A DNA stretch of 64,000 nt from Chiloscyllium plagiosum (GCF_004010195.1 NC_057718.1:54655864-54719863), one strand, 5' to 3'; shown: positions 1 through 13,840, counted from the stretch's first letter. Made by a program: numbers and translations. Notes: generated by a model from the letters alone, not told the origin.

Positions 1-1088
1 GTGACCTTGCCTTTCTGACATGCCTTCTCTATTTCCCGGTACATGTTGCGCCCCTGGTCCTGACCACTGTTAGGAGGTCTGTACATAACTCCCATTATGG
101 TTTTTTTGCCTTTGTGGTTCCTCAATTCCACCCACACAGACTCCACTCATCTGACGCTATGTCATTCAGCACCATAGATTTAATTTTGTTCTTAACTAAC
201 AATGCAACCCCGCCCCCTCTGCCCACCTCCCTGTCTTTTCGATAAGTTGAAAACCCTTGGATGTTTAACTGCCAGTCCTGACCCCCCTGTAATCACGTCT
301 CTGTGATGCCTACCAGATCATAATCATTCACGATAATCTGTGCCATTAGTTTGTCTGCTTTGTTATGAATGCTACGAGCATTCAGGTAAAGTGCCTGATT
401 GTTAACTTTCTTATCATTAGAGATATTGGAAACCATAAGATGTCCTAAGTTATCCTTCCTTTCTGCTGCATTCCCAGTCTGTCTCAAGTTTAAATCTGCC
501 TGCACATATGCTATCCTGCCGCTTATCTTTCCATTTAACTCCATACCCCCTGTCGCTTTCACTTTCCCTTCCCCCCAACTCAGAAGTTTAAAGCCCTACT
601 GACCACTCTATTTATCCTCTTCGCTTGTGGGCGGCACGGTGCTGCCTCACAGTGCCAGAGACCCGGGTTCAATTCCCGCCTCAGGCGACTGACTGTGTGG
701 AGTTTGCACGTTCTCCCCGTGTCTGCGTGGGTTTCCTCCGGGTGCTCCGGTTTCCTCCCACAGTCCAAAGATGTGCAGGGTCAGGTGAATTGGCCACACG
801 AAATTGCCTGTAGTGTTAGGTAAGGGGTAAATGTAGGGGTATGGGAGGGTTTCGCTTCGGCGGGTCGGTGTGGACTTGTTGGGCCGAAGGGCCTGTTCCC
901 ACACTGTAATCTAATCTAATCTAAACATTGGTACCTGATCGGTTCAGGTGGAGACCATTCCAACGGTACAGATCCCCCCGGTTCCAAAACTGATGCCAAT
1001 GCCCCATGAAGTGGAATCACTCTTTCCCACACCAATCCCTTAGCCACGTGTTTACTTCCCTAATTTTCTTATCCCTATGCCAATTGGC
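1..1088 (-). mobile_element. CR1-like LINE fragment (ORF1 esterase end plus start of APE endonuclease), interrupted by a SINE
   Basis: Minus-strand peptides ..HFMGHWHQFWNRGDLYRWNGLHLNRSGT (SGNH-esterase-type ORF1 end) and YLNARSIHNKAD..DLVGITET (APE N-terminus). Confidence 0.8.
627..924 (+). mobile_element. HE1-type V-SINE (A-box partly deleted)
   Basis: B-box GGTTCAATTCC, V-domain GTGTGGAGTTTGCACGTTCTCCCCGTGTCTGCGTGGGTTTCCTCCGGG, CR1-like tail and (TCTAA)n. Confidence 0.88.
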
Positions 1089-3475
1089 CAATTACTGGTC
1101 AAAGAAGATATCACAGCTGTGCTGAAGGTGGGCACTATGAAAGACTTGAGCAGTGAGGCAATATGGGCAGAGCTCAGAAATAGGAAGGGTGCGGTAACAA
1201 TGTTGGGATTGTACTACAGGCCTCCCAACAGTGAACGTGAGATTGAGGTACAAATATGTAGAGAGATGATAGAAATATGCAGGAGCATTTGGGTGGTGGT
1301 GACATGATATTTTAATTTTCCCAACACTGACTGGGATTCACTTAGTGTTAGAGGTCTGGATGGAGCAGAAATTGTAAAGAGTATCCAGGAGGGTCTTTTA
1401 GACCAGTATGCAAGTGGTCCAACTTGGGAAGGGGACATACTGGATCTGGTGTTAGCAAGTGAGCCCGGCCAGGTGGTTGAAGTTTCAGTGGGGAACTACT
1501 TTGGGAATAGTGATCACAATTCCGTACGTTGTGGATACGCATGGACAAAGACGACAGTGGTCCTAAAGAAAGAGTGCTAAATTGGGAGGAAGGGAGCAAC
1601 TGGTTGAAAAGAAATCCACATTTGATATGTGGGAGGCTTTTAAAGAGAGGTTGATTAGATTTCAGGAGAGATATGTTCTAGTGAAAATGAGGGATAGAAA
1701 TGGCAAGATTAGGGAACCATGGATGACAGGTGAAATTGTGAGACTAGCTAAGAGAAAAAAGGATGCGTACAGAAGGTCTAAGTGACTGAAGACAGACGAA
1801 GCTTTGGAAGAATTTTGGGAATGTAGGACCAATCTGAAACAGGAATTAGGAGGGCTAAAAGAGGTCGTGAGATATTCTTAGCGAGCAGAGTTGAGGAAGT
1901 GTTGTATATTCTAAAAGGCATTAAGGTGGACAAGTCCCCAGGACCAGATGGGATCCCAGGTTTCTATCCCAGGTTTCTAAGGGAAGCCAGAGGGGAAATA
2001 GCTGGAGCTTTAACAGATATCTTTGCAGCATCCTTGAAAATGGGGGAGGTCCCAGAGGTCTGGAGAATTGCTAATGTTGTTCCCTTGTTTAAGAAGGATA
2101 GCAGGGATAATCCAGGTAATTACAGCCCTCTGAGCCTGACATCAGTGGTAGGGAAGCTCCTGGAAAAGATATTAAGGGATAGGACATATATCCATTTGTA
2201 AGAAAATGGGCTTATCGCTGATCGGCAGCATGGTTTTGTGCAGGTAAGGTCATGTCTTACAAACCTAATAGAATTTTTTGAAGAGGTGACAAAGTTGATT
2301 GATGAGGGAAGGGATGTAGATATAACATATATTGACTTTTGTAAGACATTTGATAAGGTTTGCCATGATAGGCTGATGAAGAAGGTGAAGTCGCATGAGG
2401 TCCAGGGTGTTCTAGCTAGATAGATAGAGAACTGGTTGGGTAACAGGAGACAGAAAGTAGTAGTGGAAGGAAGCTTCTCAGAATGGAGACCTGTGACCAG
2501 TGGTGTCGCACAGGGATCCGTGCTAGGACCACTTTTGTTTGTGATATACATAAATGATTTGGAGAAAGGTGTAGGTTGCCTCATGAGCAAGTTTGCAGAT
2601 GACACTAAGATTGGTGGAGTAGCAGATAGTGAATGGGGACTATCAGAGAATACAATATAGATAGAGTGGAGAGTTGGGCAAAGAAATGGCAGATGGAGTT
2701 CAATCTGGACAAATGAGAGGTGATGCATTTTGGAAGATGCAATTCCAGAGTGACCTATACAATAAATGGAAATGTCCTGGGGAAAATTGATGTACAGAGA
2801 GATCCGGCTGTTCAGGTCCATCATTTCCTGAAGGCGGCAATGCAGGTCAGTAGAGTGGTCAAGGCGGCATACGGCATGCTTTCCTTCATTGGACGTATTG
2901 GGTACAAGAGTTGGCAGGTCATACTACACTTGCATAAGACTTTGGTTCGGCCATATTTGGAATACTGCTTACAGTTCTGGTCGTCACATTACCAAAAGGA
3001 TATGGATGATTTTTGGAAGAGGGCGCAGAGGAGGTTCACCAGGATGTTGCCTGGTATGGAGGGTGCTAGCTATGAGGAGAGGTTGAGTAAATTAGGATTA
3101 TTTTCATTGGAAAGGTGGTGGTTGAGGGGGGGGGACCTGATGGAGGCCTACAAAATCATAAGGGGTGTAGACAGGGCGGATAGCAAGAAACGTTTTCCCA
3201 GAGTGGCGGACTCAATTACTAGAGGTCACGAGTTCAAAGTGAGAGAGGAAAAGTTTAGTGGAGATATAGGTGGAAAGTACTTCACACAGAGGGTGATGGA
3301 TGCCTGGAATGTGTTGCCAGCGGTGGTGGTAGGGGCAGGAATGATAACGTCATTTAAGATGTATCTAGACAGATATATGAATGGACTGGGAGCAAAGGAT
3401 ATAGATCCTTAGAAAATAGGCAGCAGATTTAGATAGAGGAAATAGATCGACACAGGCTGTAATATTCTTTGTTCT
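1089..3475 (+). mobile_element. CR1-like LINE, decayed ORF2 (EN-RT) with 3' end
   Basis: Motifs [55 protein letters not shown]; several stops/frameshifts. Confidence 0.92.
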
Positions 3476-3549
3476 ATACATGAAACCTCAACCTACACAA
3501 GGCACTTGTCAGCACAGATGGAATAACTTCAGTCACCTTATTAATAGGA

Positions 3550-4045
3550 AGATTCACTGTCATTGGAGGCAGTGCAGAAAATGTTTACAAGATTTACCCC
3601 AGATATGGAGGGAATTTCTTCTGAGGATAAGTTGAGTATATTTGGCCTGTACTCATGGGCTAACCAGAATAAAGACAGACAAATTACTAAAATACAACAT
3701 TTTCAGGGTGTTTGATGGGGTAGATGTTGAGAGGATTTTCCCCTTGTGGGACAGTGTAGGACCAGAGAGCATAACCTCAAGGTAAGTGTTCACCCATTGA
3801 AGAGAGGAGGAGGAATTTCTTCTCTCAGAAGTAAGTGAATCTGCAGAATTCTTTACCAGAGAAGGCTGTAGAAGCTGAGTAATTAAAAGCATATTCAAGG
3901 CTGACATTGACAAATTTTTAACCATGAACAGTGTCAAGGGTTATGGGTTAAGGGAGGAAAAGTGGAGTTAAGGATCATTAGATGTGCCACGATTCTTGTT
4001 GAACCCCAAAGCAGACGATACTTCTACTCCCATGTCTTATGGGGG
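3550..4045 (+). mobile_element. Old CR1-like LINE 3' fragment
   Basis: Similar to 3' ends of other CR1 copies in the window (ttggaggcagtgcag..., tctctcagaagtaagtgaatctg..., ctactcccatgtcttatg). Confidence 0.7.
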
Positions 4046-4124
4046 CCAATATTCAAACCTCAAACATCAAAGGATGGCCAATTATTCATCATATATTGTT
4101 TGTTGAAGTTTATGCAATTTCCTG

Positions 4125-4338
4125 AGTAGACAAAGAGGCTGGAAGAACACAGCAAGTCAGGCAGCATCAGGAGATGGAGAAGTCGACGTTTCGGGTTGAG
4201 ACCCTTAATCAGGAAGAAGGATCTCGACCCAAAACGTTGATTTCTCCACCTCCTGATGCTGCCTGGCTTGCTGTGTTCTTCCAGCCACCTGTGTGTCTAC
4301 TTTGGATTCTAGCATCTGCAGTATTTTTGTTGCTATAC
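4125..4338. mobile_element. Fold-back (palindromic) PLE pseudo-LTR element, family B, degenerate hammerhead motifs
   Basis: 4125-~4210 is the reverse complement of ~4213-4301, then a short tail; flanked by caatttcctg (4115-4124) / caattccctg (4339-4348). Confidence 0.75.
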
Positions 4339-4935
4339 CAATTCCCTGCCCACCTTTCTTACAAACTATCAAAATATTCCAAATGTTATTCAGTGGCTAC
4401 GAATTACTTGAGCATTCAGAGGGTGTAAAAAAAAGATGAATTTCAAAGTTTTCCTTCACATATAATTAATATCAATTTCTTTGTAAATTGCTGAATACAT
4501 TGATTCAATATATTTTGTTTATAAAAATCCTCCAGAAACTGAAAATGCACACAGAAGCATACAATGTTTATAAAGAAGTTGTAACTGTATTTAAAATTGT
4601 CTCAAATATTTGCAAAAAACACGATATGAACAATGTCATTTCACAATTAAGATTATATACAGGCTTTCTCGTGCATAGAATTAACATGCAGAATACTACT
4701 CAGTTTCTTACGCTATAATGTTTCACACTTTGCATCAGAATTTAATACATATAACAAAGCACCAAATACTCCAGGCAGTTATATTTTAGAATTACTTAAT
4801 TGGTAGTTAATTTATTTAACACACCAATTTAGAACACAATTTTGATTTCACATCAAAATCAAAGCAAGGGCAGATGTTAAATTCAAGTGTATGCATGTGT
4901 CACACAGTTTAGATAAATAATTTGCTTTTACGTAC

Positions 4936-5040
4936 ACAAGCCGTGGCAATGCATGTTCCCCAGTCACTGTAGGTCTCTACTGTGATGTTGGACAAGGCAG
5001 TTCTCAAAAACGGACAGAGAATTTTCCATAGCTGTTCCAC
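4936..5040 (-). CDS. PSME4: PSME4 coding exon 24/24 (105 nt)
   Basis: ttttag|[35 protein letters not shown]|gtacgt. Confidence 0.96.
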
Positions 5041-5255
5041 CTAAAATCACCAAAAAAAACCTATCAACCTCTTTCCAGGGGTTGAACATAATATAAAATT
5101 CAAAAGTCCATTTGTCAACAAAAGGAATACTGCAAATTAAGACTGGATGGCATAAAATTAAATTTCAATTTTCCATCATAGCTTAATTTGCACAAACAAA
5201 TTGCTGAAGTATTATTTGCTAATTACAAAGTCTATTTTTGTTGAATACAATAACT

Positions 5256-5511
5256 CCATCAACAAACACATCAACCTGAACCCAATATACCAACCACTAC
5301 AGCGGACAGCTGAAACTGACAACCGGAAGCGGCAGGGACAGACCACTATAAACACCGGAGGAAACATTAAAGAAGCGCTTCGCAGGAGGCTCCCAAGCAC
5401 TGATGATGTCGCCTAGCCAGGGGACGAAACGTTTGCAACAAAAACTTCCAGCTCGGCGAACAGAACCACAACAACGAGCACCCGAGCTACAAATCTTTGC
5501 ACAAACTTTGA
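5256..5511 (+). mobile_element. PLE 3' fragment (family C) with hammerhead motif
   Basis: Encodes ..SINKHINLNPIYQPLQRT (resembles PLE GIY-YIG C-terminus); hammerhead at 5397-5436; direct repeat acaataact at 5247-5255 and 5512-5520. Confidence 0.75.
5397..5436 (+). ncRNA. Minimal type-I hammerhead ribozyme motif
   Basis: GCA-CTGATGA-T-GTCgCCTagccAGGgGAC-GAA-ACGT-T-TGC: stem I GCA/TGC, intact core, palindromic stem III, GUU site. Confidence 0.7.
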
Positions 5512-5759
5512 ACAATAACTTGTTTTGGAATTTGCATCCAAAAATAGAGATAGAGATAGAGATAGATAGATTTTTGGTTTTCAATTTCGTGCATGTGATT
5601 TTTTTTTTAAAACGGACAGAAACTATTTCATTTTAAATGACCAAATAAACTGTCTCTTGAGACAATTGCATATCTTAACTGAGATAACTGAAGTATTCAT
5701 TAAGTTGAGCTTTTATAATACAAGGAAAGAGAGACTAGAAGCAGATTCACTTCAGAAGA

Positions 5760-6135
5760 AAAGATGAGGGGATATCTAATTGAAACTTACACAGTACTGA
5801 ATGGCTTGGACAGAGTAGATGTTGGGAAGATGTTGCCATTGGTAGGACAGAATATAGGACCAGAGGGCATAGCCTGAGAGTAAAGGGAAAACCTTTTAGA
5901 ATGAAGATAAGGAGAAATGTCTTCAGCCAGAGAGTGGTGAATCTATGGAATTCATTGCCAGAAAAAGCTGTGGAGGCCAGGTCATTGAGTATATTTAAGA
6001 CGGAGATAGATAGGTTCTTGACTGTCAAGGGGATCGAGGCGAAAATGGTGATGAAGTACTTATCAGCCATGATTGAATGGCAGAGCAGACTCTATGGGCT
6101 GAATGGCCTAATTTCTGCTCCTATGTCTTATTGCT
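5760..6135 (+). mobile_element. CR1-like LINE 3' fragment
   Basis: Peptide RRNVFSQRVVNLWNSLPEKAVEARSLSIFKTEIDRFL plus CR1 tail. Confidence 0.85.
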
Positions 6136-7088
6136 TTACTAATACCAGATGCGATGTTTAACAACCTAAAATGTTTGAAAAAAAAATGGAGAAAACCTTG
6201 CAGCTTTTTCCTTTCAGAATTCAGTGAGAACCCTCTGAGATAGTCTTCAGAGGCACAGACACAGGCTAACAGAGAATCTCATCTGGTGAATATGCACAAA
6301 CTCTCAAAGTAAACACTTGTGGTCTTGTCAGTCAATAAGAAATTAAATAGCAAAGATAGGGTTTATACTTCAAAGAGAAAGGATTGCTGACTATGATGAG
6401 ATCCTTACAAATTATCCCATATGTAGTCATTTTTGTAACATACTAATGCTGTTTGCGTGAATATATTCAGTCACTGACCACCATGGTAACCAAAGTGCAA
6501 AATAAAATTGGTGGTCCATCGAGTAAAGTTGCACTCTGGAATCTGACTTGTCCGGTATTAATTCAGCTGGGATCATAAGACTGCGTGTTAAATGCACAAA
6601 TTATTTTCGACAGAAATGGAATTCAGTTAGCTCAATACCTTGTATAATTAATGGGGGAACATATTTATTGGAATAGTCAAGCTTGTTGAGAAACAAAATA
6701 AATTTGCAAGTACAATAGAATCTTATTATATCAATGCTTTTGGTTGTCTCAAATAATTGAAGGCAACTAAATTACTATAAATCATTTAATCCAAAATTCA
6801 GGCAAATCACATTAGCATGGAACATTTTCTATAAGCAATAAACACTATACTTGTTTTTCTTTTCAAGCAGCCAGAGCTAATTTGTACAATTAAAAATGAA
6901 GCTATCATAACACTGACAGTCAAAATTAATCAAATATCCATTTAAAATGGATATGAATACAACTAACAATAAAAATGTAAGTCAGGGAATTAAGTTGGAT
7001 CGTTATTAAAAGTGTAAATTCTGCACAAATATAAATATTTATCTGACCTCAAATTTAACTGTCTAGAGTATAAAACCAATGGTATTAC

Positions 7089-7241
7089 CTCTTCATACCT
7101 CCAGTGTTTACAACCTCGGATTAGTCCAGCAATGATTTCAGCGACACATCGCTGTGCACTTTCATGAGAATCTGAGACAAGATGTTCCATATGTGGCTTT
7201 AACACTGATAAAAAGGCCATATCAAAGTTTCTGAACAAACC
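7089..7241 (-). CDS. PSME4: PSME4 coding exon 23/24 (153 nt)
   Basis: tgacag|[51 protein letters not shown]|gtaata. Confidence 0.97.
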
Positions 7242-7769
7242 CTGTCATGGAAGAAATTAACAAATTTATTCAAAACATGATGTTGAACTTCAAATTTATT
7301 TCAAGTTTAGTTTGCTTTATTTTACATGAAAATCACGATCTAAAGATTAGAAAATGTAATCACAGTCCTTATAATCAAACTTGAAAACACCAAAACACTG
7401 AAGAAATGATTTTGCTTCATGCAGTTTTCATTTCTCTTCCTGCCCCCTGACTCGGCCACAAGCTGTAAACATACAGTTTGACCCCAAGCATAAATCCACA
7501 GTGCGAGTGTCCATTAAAACTGAGAATTCAGCTCAGAAGCTGCTGGTTGAAAATCTAAAAATTTCCTGTTACTGCACTGAATAAAATAATACTTGCAATT
7601 AGTTCAGCTGATTTCCTTTTCAATTACCTTTCTGCTTGGATCCAGAAAAACTCCATGTAGACAAACTCATATAATTATGTCTTAAGACTTAGATAATGGA
7701 CTTTCAGCAATCATAAGTATTTTCCTTTGCATTGCATATGACCTCAATCAGTGATAAGCCAAACGTTTA

Positions 7770-8450
7770 ATGAGTTCAGGCATGAGTGGCCCTTGCGGAA
7801 CCAAGACAGAGTATCAGGTCATCACTGAGCTGATGCTGCTTGATGGTACTATCAACAATCCCGAACACTTTGCTGATGATCAAGATAATAGATAAATGTA
7901 TAATGGCACATAATTGACCAAGTTCGATTTGTCTTACTTTTTGTGGAAAGGGCATGTTTGGCCAGTTTCCCACATTGCCAGTAGATGCCAGTGCTGTATT
8001 TGTACTGGAATAGCTTGCTAGGGGTGTGGATGATGTTGGAATCTTCAGTACAATTGCCAGAGTTCTGTCAAGGTCCATAGCATTTGCAGTATTTAACGCC
8101 TTCAGTTGTTCTTTGATATCATGTAGAAGTAATCACATTGGCTGAATACTGGTATTTGTGATGCTGGGGTCATGCACTTCTGGCTGAAGGAGGCTGCAAA
8201 TACTTCAGCCTCATCTTTTGCAATATGTGCTCATCTGTCCATCTTTGAAGATGGTGGCATTTGTGAAGCTGCCTGCTCCTCTAGATTTCTAACATTACAA
8301 TTCATGGCTGGATGTAGCAGGACTAAGTTCAGATCTGATCCAACAGTTGTGGAATCAATTGATCACATTTATTGCATGTGGTTTCTGCTGTTCAGCAATC
8401 TAGTCACCCTGTTTTGTAGCTTCACCATATTGATCCCTCATTTTTAGTTA
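7770..8450 (-). mobile_element. Old CR1/L2-like LINE RT fragment
   Basis: Degenerate minus-strand RT-like peptides (KLNSIISKVFG.., IKQHQLSDDLI); boundaries approximate. Confidence 0.55.
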
Positions 8451-8474
8451 AATGGGCAATTTAAAGTACAAATA

Positions 8475-9735
8475 GAGTCATAGAGATGTACAGCACGGAA
8501 ATAGACCCTTCAGTCCAACTCTTCCATGCTGACCAGATATCCCAACCCAATCTAGTCCCACCTACCAGCAACTGGCCCATATACCTCTAAACACTTCCTA
8601 TTCATACACCAATCCAGATGCCTTTTGAATATTACAATTGTACTAGCCTCCACTACTTCCTCTGGCAGCTCATTCCATACACGTACCGCCCTCTGCGTAA
8701 AAAAGTTGCCCTTTAGGTCTCTTTTATATCTTTCCCCTCTCACCCTAAACCTATGCCCTCTAGTTTTGGACTTATCCCACCCCGGGGAAAAGACTTTGTC
8801 TAATTATCCTATCCATGCCCCTCATGATTTTGTACACTTCTATAAGGTCACCCCATAACCTTCAATGCTCCATGAAAAACAGCGCTAGCCTATTCAACCT
8901 CTCCCTATAACTCAAATCCTCCAACCCTGGCAACATCCTTGCAAATCTTTTCTGAACTCTTTCAAGTTTCACAACATCTCTCCGGTAGGAAGACGACCAG
9001 AATTGCATGCAATATTCCAACACTGGCCTAACCAATGTCCTGAACAGCCACAGCATGACCTCCTAACTCCTGTAACTCAATACTCTGACCAATAAAGAAA
9101 AGCATACCAAATGCCTTCTTCACTATCCTGTCTACCTGCGACTCCACTTTCAAGGAGCTAGTGAACCTGCACGCCAAGGTCTCTTTGTTCAACAACATTT
9201 ACCATTAAGTATATAAGTCCTGCTAAGATTTGTTTTCCCAAAATGCAGCACCTTCCATTTATCTAAATTAAACTCCATCTGCCACATCTCAGCCCACTGG
9301 CCCACCTGATCAAGATCCTGTTGTAATCTGAGGTAACCTTCTTCGCTGTCCACTACATCTCCAATTCTGGTGTCATCTGCAAACTTACTAACTATACCTC
9401 TTATGCTCACATCCAAATCATTTATATAAATGATGAAAAGTATTGGACCCAGCATCGATCCTTGTGATACTCCACTGGTCACAGGTCTCCAGTCTGAAAA
9501 ACAACCCTCTACCACCACCCTGTCTTCTACCTTTGAGCCAGTTCTGTATCAAAATGGCTAGTTCTCCCTGTGTTCCATTAGATTTAACCTTATAACCAAT
9601 CTCCCATGGGGAACCTTGTCGAATGCCTTACTGAAGTCCATATGGATCACGTCCACCCATTCTGCCCTCATCAATCCTCTGAGTTTTTTGAACAAATAAC
9701 ACAATCAAGTTTGTGAGACATGATTTCCCACGCAT
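8475..9735 (-). mobile_element. CR1-like LINE, RT plus 3' end
   Basis: ORFs with [53 protein letters not shown]; tail gctgtacatctctatgactc. Confidence 0.92.
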
Positions 9736-11481
9736 AAAATGTTTACAACCCAACATTATCATTGTTCCTCTAGGACATTGCAGTCTCAATCAATCCAGTA
9801 TTAGAATGTAGCCTATTGCTATTGTCTCCGGATAAAAATATTTTGCACCTTCTTCTCAGTAAAATAACCTTCAGGCAAACTGCAAATCAAGTCACAGGAT
9901 GCTTCATTTTACCTTAAATTTAAACACACAGTACAACCTTGCACCTGAAACAATCTTGAAGCTGAAGAACAATGGAATTGGCCCAAGAATAGGAACAAAA
10001 TGGCCAGAGTCTCTTCATGAGACAGGAGAGCAAGGAAAAGAATATGTTTCCAAATTACGTAACAATTGGAACTAGAATTTCTACTGAAGCAGAAGAGAGG
10101 CCGTGGTGAGACAGATGTTACAAAGATTTGATCTCATATCAAAGTTGTTAGTTTATAGAATGTACTGCAGCCCAGTGCTGAGAACTGAGGCTTGCAAAAT
10201 ATTAAATGGACATCTTCAGCATTTATGAAGGAGAATGATGGAGGATGTGTGTTGAACATTAGGTGATGTGAACAGGATTTGCCACTAAATAAAAAAGCAA
10301 AAGAAGAGAAAAGAAACATCCCATAAATTGATATTGTATGGAAGCATCCATCACACACTGACTGAGGTTATGCTAGAGAGCTGCATGTCAATGGTATTTA
10401 TAAAGCTGCCACATTGCAGTGACCTTCAAATATTTATTGAGCATGAATGTTTAGATTTGTCACTTGTGGATGATAATTGTTTAGGCATAATGTTCCTGCA
10501 GAGGTCTTCTGACCATGCTCAAAAGACTTCTTTGCTCATTTAGTCTCCAGTGGTTACAAGATTCTTAAGGCAGAGTGTTAGTGACTCAGGGTCTGGTTTC
10601 AAGTCTCACCTACCTCAGTTTTTTCATAACATGTCTGACAGGTTGTTTTTTTTAAAGCTTCCAGTGGTTTATAGAGGAAATTAAGAGAGGAAAAAATGTT
10701 CTCTGCTTTAAGTTGAAAGTTATTTCTCTATCATAAAAATGCAAAACTGCCAATGATCAGGTTAATTCTGAGTTATAGACAGTGAATGCCAATAACCCCA
10801 ACATGCTTATGAGTAATTTAAGAAGTGGTTCAAACAAGTTCTAAAGCAAATGCTTTTTCATGCAAATTATCAAATTTATTATAATCAGTGACAAGAAGAA
10901 AAACTGAATTAGCAAGAATTCGCCAGGGAAATGAGAATCAAAAGGTCAAGGACAACCCTTGCTTCAAAAACTTGAACGTATAATTTAAATAAGCACTTAT
11001 TACAATATTGAAAAAATGTGCATTGACTTTTTGGATGAGATAGTAATTTAAAACTCCATCAACTCCTCCAGTTTCTTGAAGATTTTATGGCACTACTTGT
11101 AGTAGTAATATCCTGGCCAACAGTTACCATGAACCTATACCTAAAAGAGATGATTTAGTCACTGTCATTTTTGAAACTATGCTGGATGTAAGTAGGCTAT
11201 CATATTCCACATATTACAAGAGTGACAAGACATCAAGAGTACTTCACCAAGGTCAAAGTTGTAATACAAATAAGGGACAGTTGATTTTGTAACCAAATCA
11301 GAAGGTCTAAGGCGACCATTGGTAACAAATTTGTAATAACAGGTAAAACAATTGGAGGTAATTACCACAGGAACAGTTGTTTCAAAAAAGTAACTTTGGC
11401 CAACAGTTGGAGGTCACTCATTCCAAAAATCAAATGCATTAAGCTGATGTTTCATTTTAGTTTACTAATACTATTGCATAC

Positions 11482-11607
11482 CTTGAACAGACAAAATCTG
11501 CGTGGATTAAATTTGTCCTTTCCTTTTCGGTCTTCCAAGGATAAGAATTTAATCAATTGCTCCATAAATTGTGGGTCAGAGAAATGGTCATAAATTACTT
11601 GTTCTGC
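11482..11607 (-). CDS. PSME4: PSME4 coding exon 22/24 (126 nt)
   Basis: ttgtag|[42 protein letters not shown]|gtatgc. Confidence 0.97.
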
Positions 11608-12114
11608 CTACAAAGGTAGTTATTTGGAAGTCATTAGTAATGCCTGTGCAGAGTTTTAGACTAATCATACATGTGACAAAACCATAGTAAATTAAACATA
11701 AATAATGCCTTTCTTTGCAAAGGAAAAAAATCTTCAAATGGGCACTAGTTAAAATTAAACTGATTTTCACTCTACCATAACGACAGCATCAGTACTAATA
11801 AATAGTTAACAAATACAGCATACAGATATACCAATCATGGAAAATTTCAATTACATTGATTTCAAAAATAGCTGAGTAAGCCTGTATACATGATTGAAGG
11901 CCGACAAGATATGTTACCATATTCCAGACAAAGGAAAATATTTAAGGAGGTACGGGGGGGGGAAGAAGGCGGAGATATTTAATATAAACAAAGTATCAGT
12001 GCGGGGATCAATATTCTTCTCAGTATTGTTATGAAGTTGAAGGTGTGTACTGTTACCTTTGAGAGAGTGAATACTGTTTTTCACAGACCTTACAAGCATC
12101 TGTCATATGACTAC

Positions 12115-12741
12115 TGTCACAAAGATAGTCCCTTTTTTTCCTAAATGGTTCCTTGGATCAAGACGACTCTGTCCTTGATTTTTTTCAGAGGGGCAATAAA
12201 CTGAGCTGGACTCCGATCAGTCTAGTTTGGTACAGAGATGAAAAGGATTTTAAGAGGCCTTTTGTTTCTATGATGTCAGATGAGACTGCAGGCCAAAGTC
12301 GTCATGCTTTAGAAGTGACCTGTATAAAGGTAGGGATGTGGTCAGCTCTCGGTTTGAGCCAACATGAGCTGAGCAGTTTTAGTTCAGTCTTAAACTAGGA
12401 AGTTCAACAGGGAGCGGTGTGGAAACTCTCTCTTTTCTGCCCTTCAACAAAAACTTTTAAGCATGTGTTCCATTTATACTGGGTTTTAAACGAAGTTTGC
12501 TTATTGGAACCTATTCGGAACAGCATAAATAAGTCTAACTGGATAGTTTGAGTTCTTTATTCTGTTATGTGTGTTTCATTGTGTAATTTTGTGAATACAT
12601 TTTTGTCTGTTTTAAAATCTAGTAGTCAACCTAGCTACCTCCAGGTAATTTTCAATGTACACTTACCGAAACAAATTGCCAAGTTAGGTCTAGGGCTGCC
12701 TGCTTAAGAAAGTTTTGAGTGGTCTAGCCTAGTCCATAACA
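12115..12741. mobile_element. Solo LTR
   Basis: TG...CA termini (tgtcacaaag...tccataaca), perfect 4-bp TSD ctac/ctac; homologous inverted copy at 18928-19858. Confidence 0.75.
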
Positions 12742-13509
12742 CTACCTAGCAGTCCCAGTGTACTGGAAAATTGAAAATATGTAACATTTTGTTGTGAAAT
12801 TATTACGTGAGTTGGTTGCTGTTTTGACAACAATTCAAATTTAACCAGTTTAAATTATGTCCCAGGATACTAAAACCTACTCTAGTTTGAATTTATTGTT
12901 TTTGTCAACATTGAACCAATAAGACAATCTGATGGCGGGGTAATTCGAAAAACTGCTAAGAAAACTTGACTGGGATCCTCAAACCAGAAAAAATTAAGTG
13001 CTGCACTACTGCTTTAGAGTTGCTTGCTGATAATATCATACTTGACACTAGTCAACTTTCTTTTGTATGGATTTCAGAACTGATTTCTGGAAAAAGAACA
13101 GATTTACCCAGGAGACCCTTGAGCTCTATAGACTCGTTATACATAGCAAGATACTGAAGAGGAAGAAGCTGTATTGAACTGAAGGTGCTCTTTCATTACA
13201 ATAAAACAAAGTTCATAAAATAATGTAAAGCTATTGCACAACTATGCTGCTCTCAGGGCACATTAACAGCAATGCGGGTACTGATCAGAGATACATGACC
13301 AATGTTGGCAGCAACTCAGGCAAAATTATTCATAAGACTTAAGCTAAGATACAAGTTATGCAGTGCAGTTACACAGTAGCCTTGCATAAACTGTGTTATA
13401 CTTTGCTATTAATGTTCACTTCATTGGGTTTTCCTACTTTGTCTTCTGAATTTGACAACAAAGATGAAACACTGATTTTATATTGGGAACCAATGTTAGC
13501 CCAAGGTCT

Positions 13510-13645
13510 ATACAGAGCTGGAAATGTGTTGCTGGAAAAGCGCAGCAGGTCAGGCAGCATCCAGGGAACAGGNNNNNNNNNNNNNNNNNNNNNNNNNNNN
13601 NNNNNNNNNNNNNNNNNNNNNNNNNNNNNNNNNNNNNNNNTGGTG
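13510..13645 (-). mobile_element. PLE pseudo-LTR fragment (family B) running into an assembly gap (N 13573-13640)
   Basis: gctggaaaagcgcagcaggtcaggcagcatccagggaacagg is the reverse complement of the 57618-57744 element body. Confidence 0.7.
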
Positions 13646-13840
13646 ACACAACAGCAGGCGAAATAGTAAATACAGTTGTAAAACTTCATTATTTTTCAAA
13701 TGGGATCATACACTCATGCTTTGATGAAGATCACTCACTTACTTCAAATCAAGTACTCTCATTATTTCAAGCTCATCAAATAACCCTGAATTGATGACTA
13801 GAAAATGCTAAAAAAAACTTTTGACACAAATAATTTTTAC

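Noticed and set aside
580..904. Recurrent ORFs such as MDCGRKPEHPEETHADTGRTCKLHT.. and MVSTAASQR.. (also at 15910, 29858, 42318, 58065, 62326)
   Set aside because: Chance translations of the HE1/V-SINE, not a protein family.
2120..2824. 234-aa minus-strand ORF
   Set aside because: Antisense frame of a CR1 RT region.
1..3475. Back-to-back CR1 segments suggesting another 5' inversion
   Set aside because: The segments overlap in the EN region and differ in sequence (LLVKNKIKS vs LLVKEDITA), so they are independent subfamily copies.
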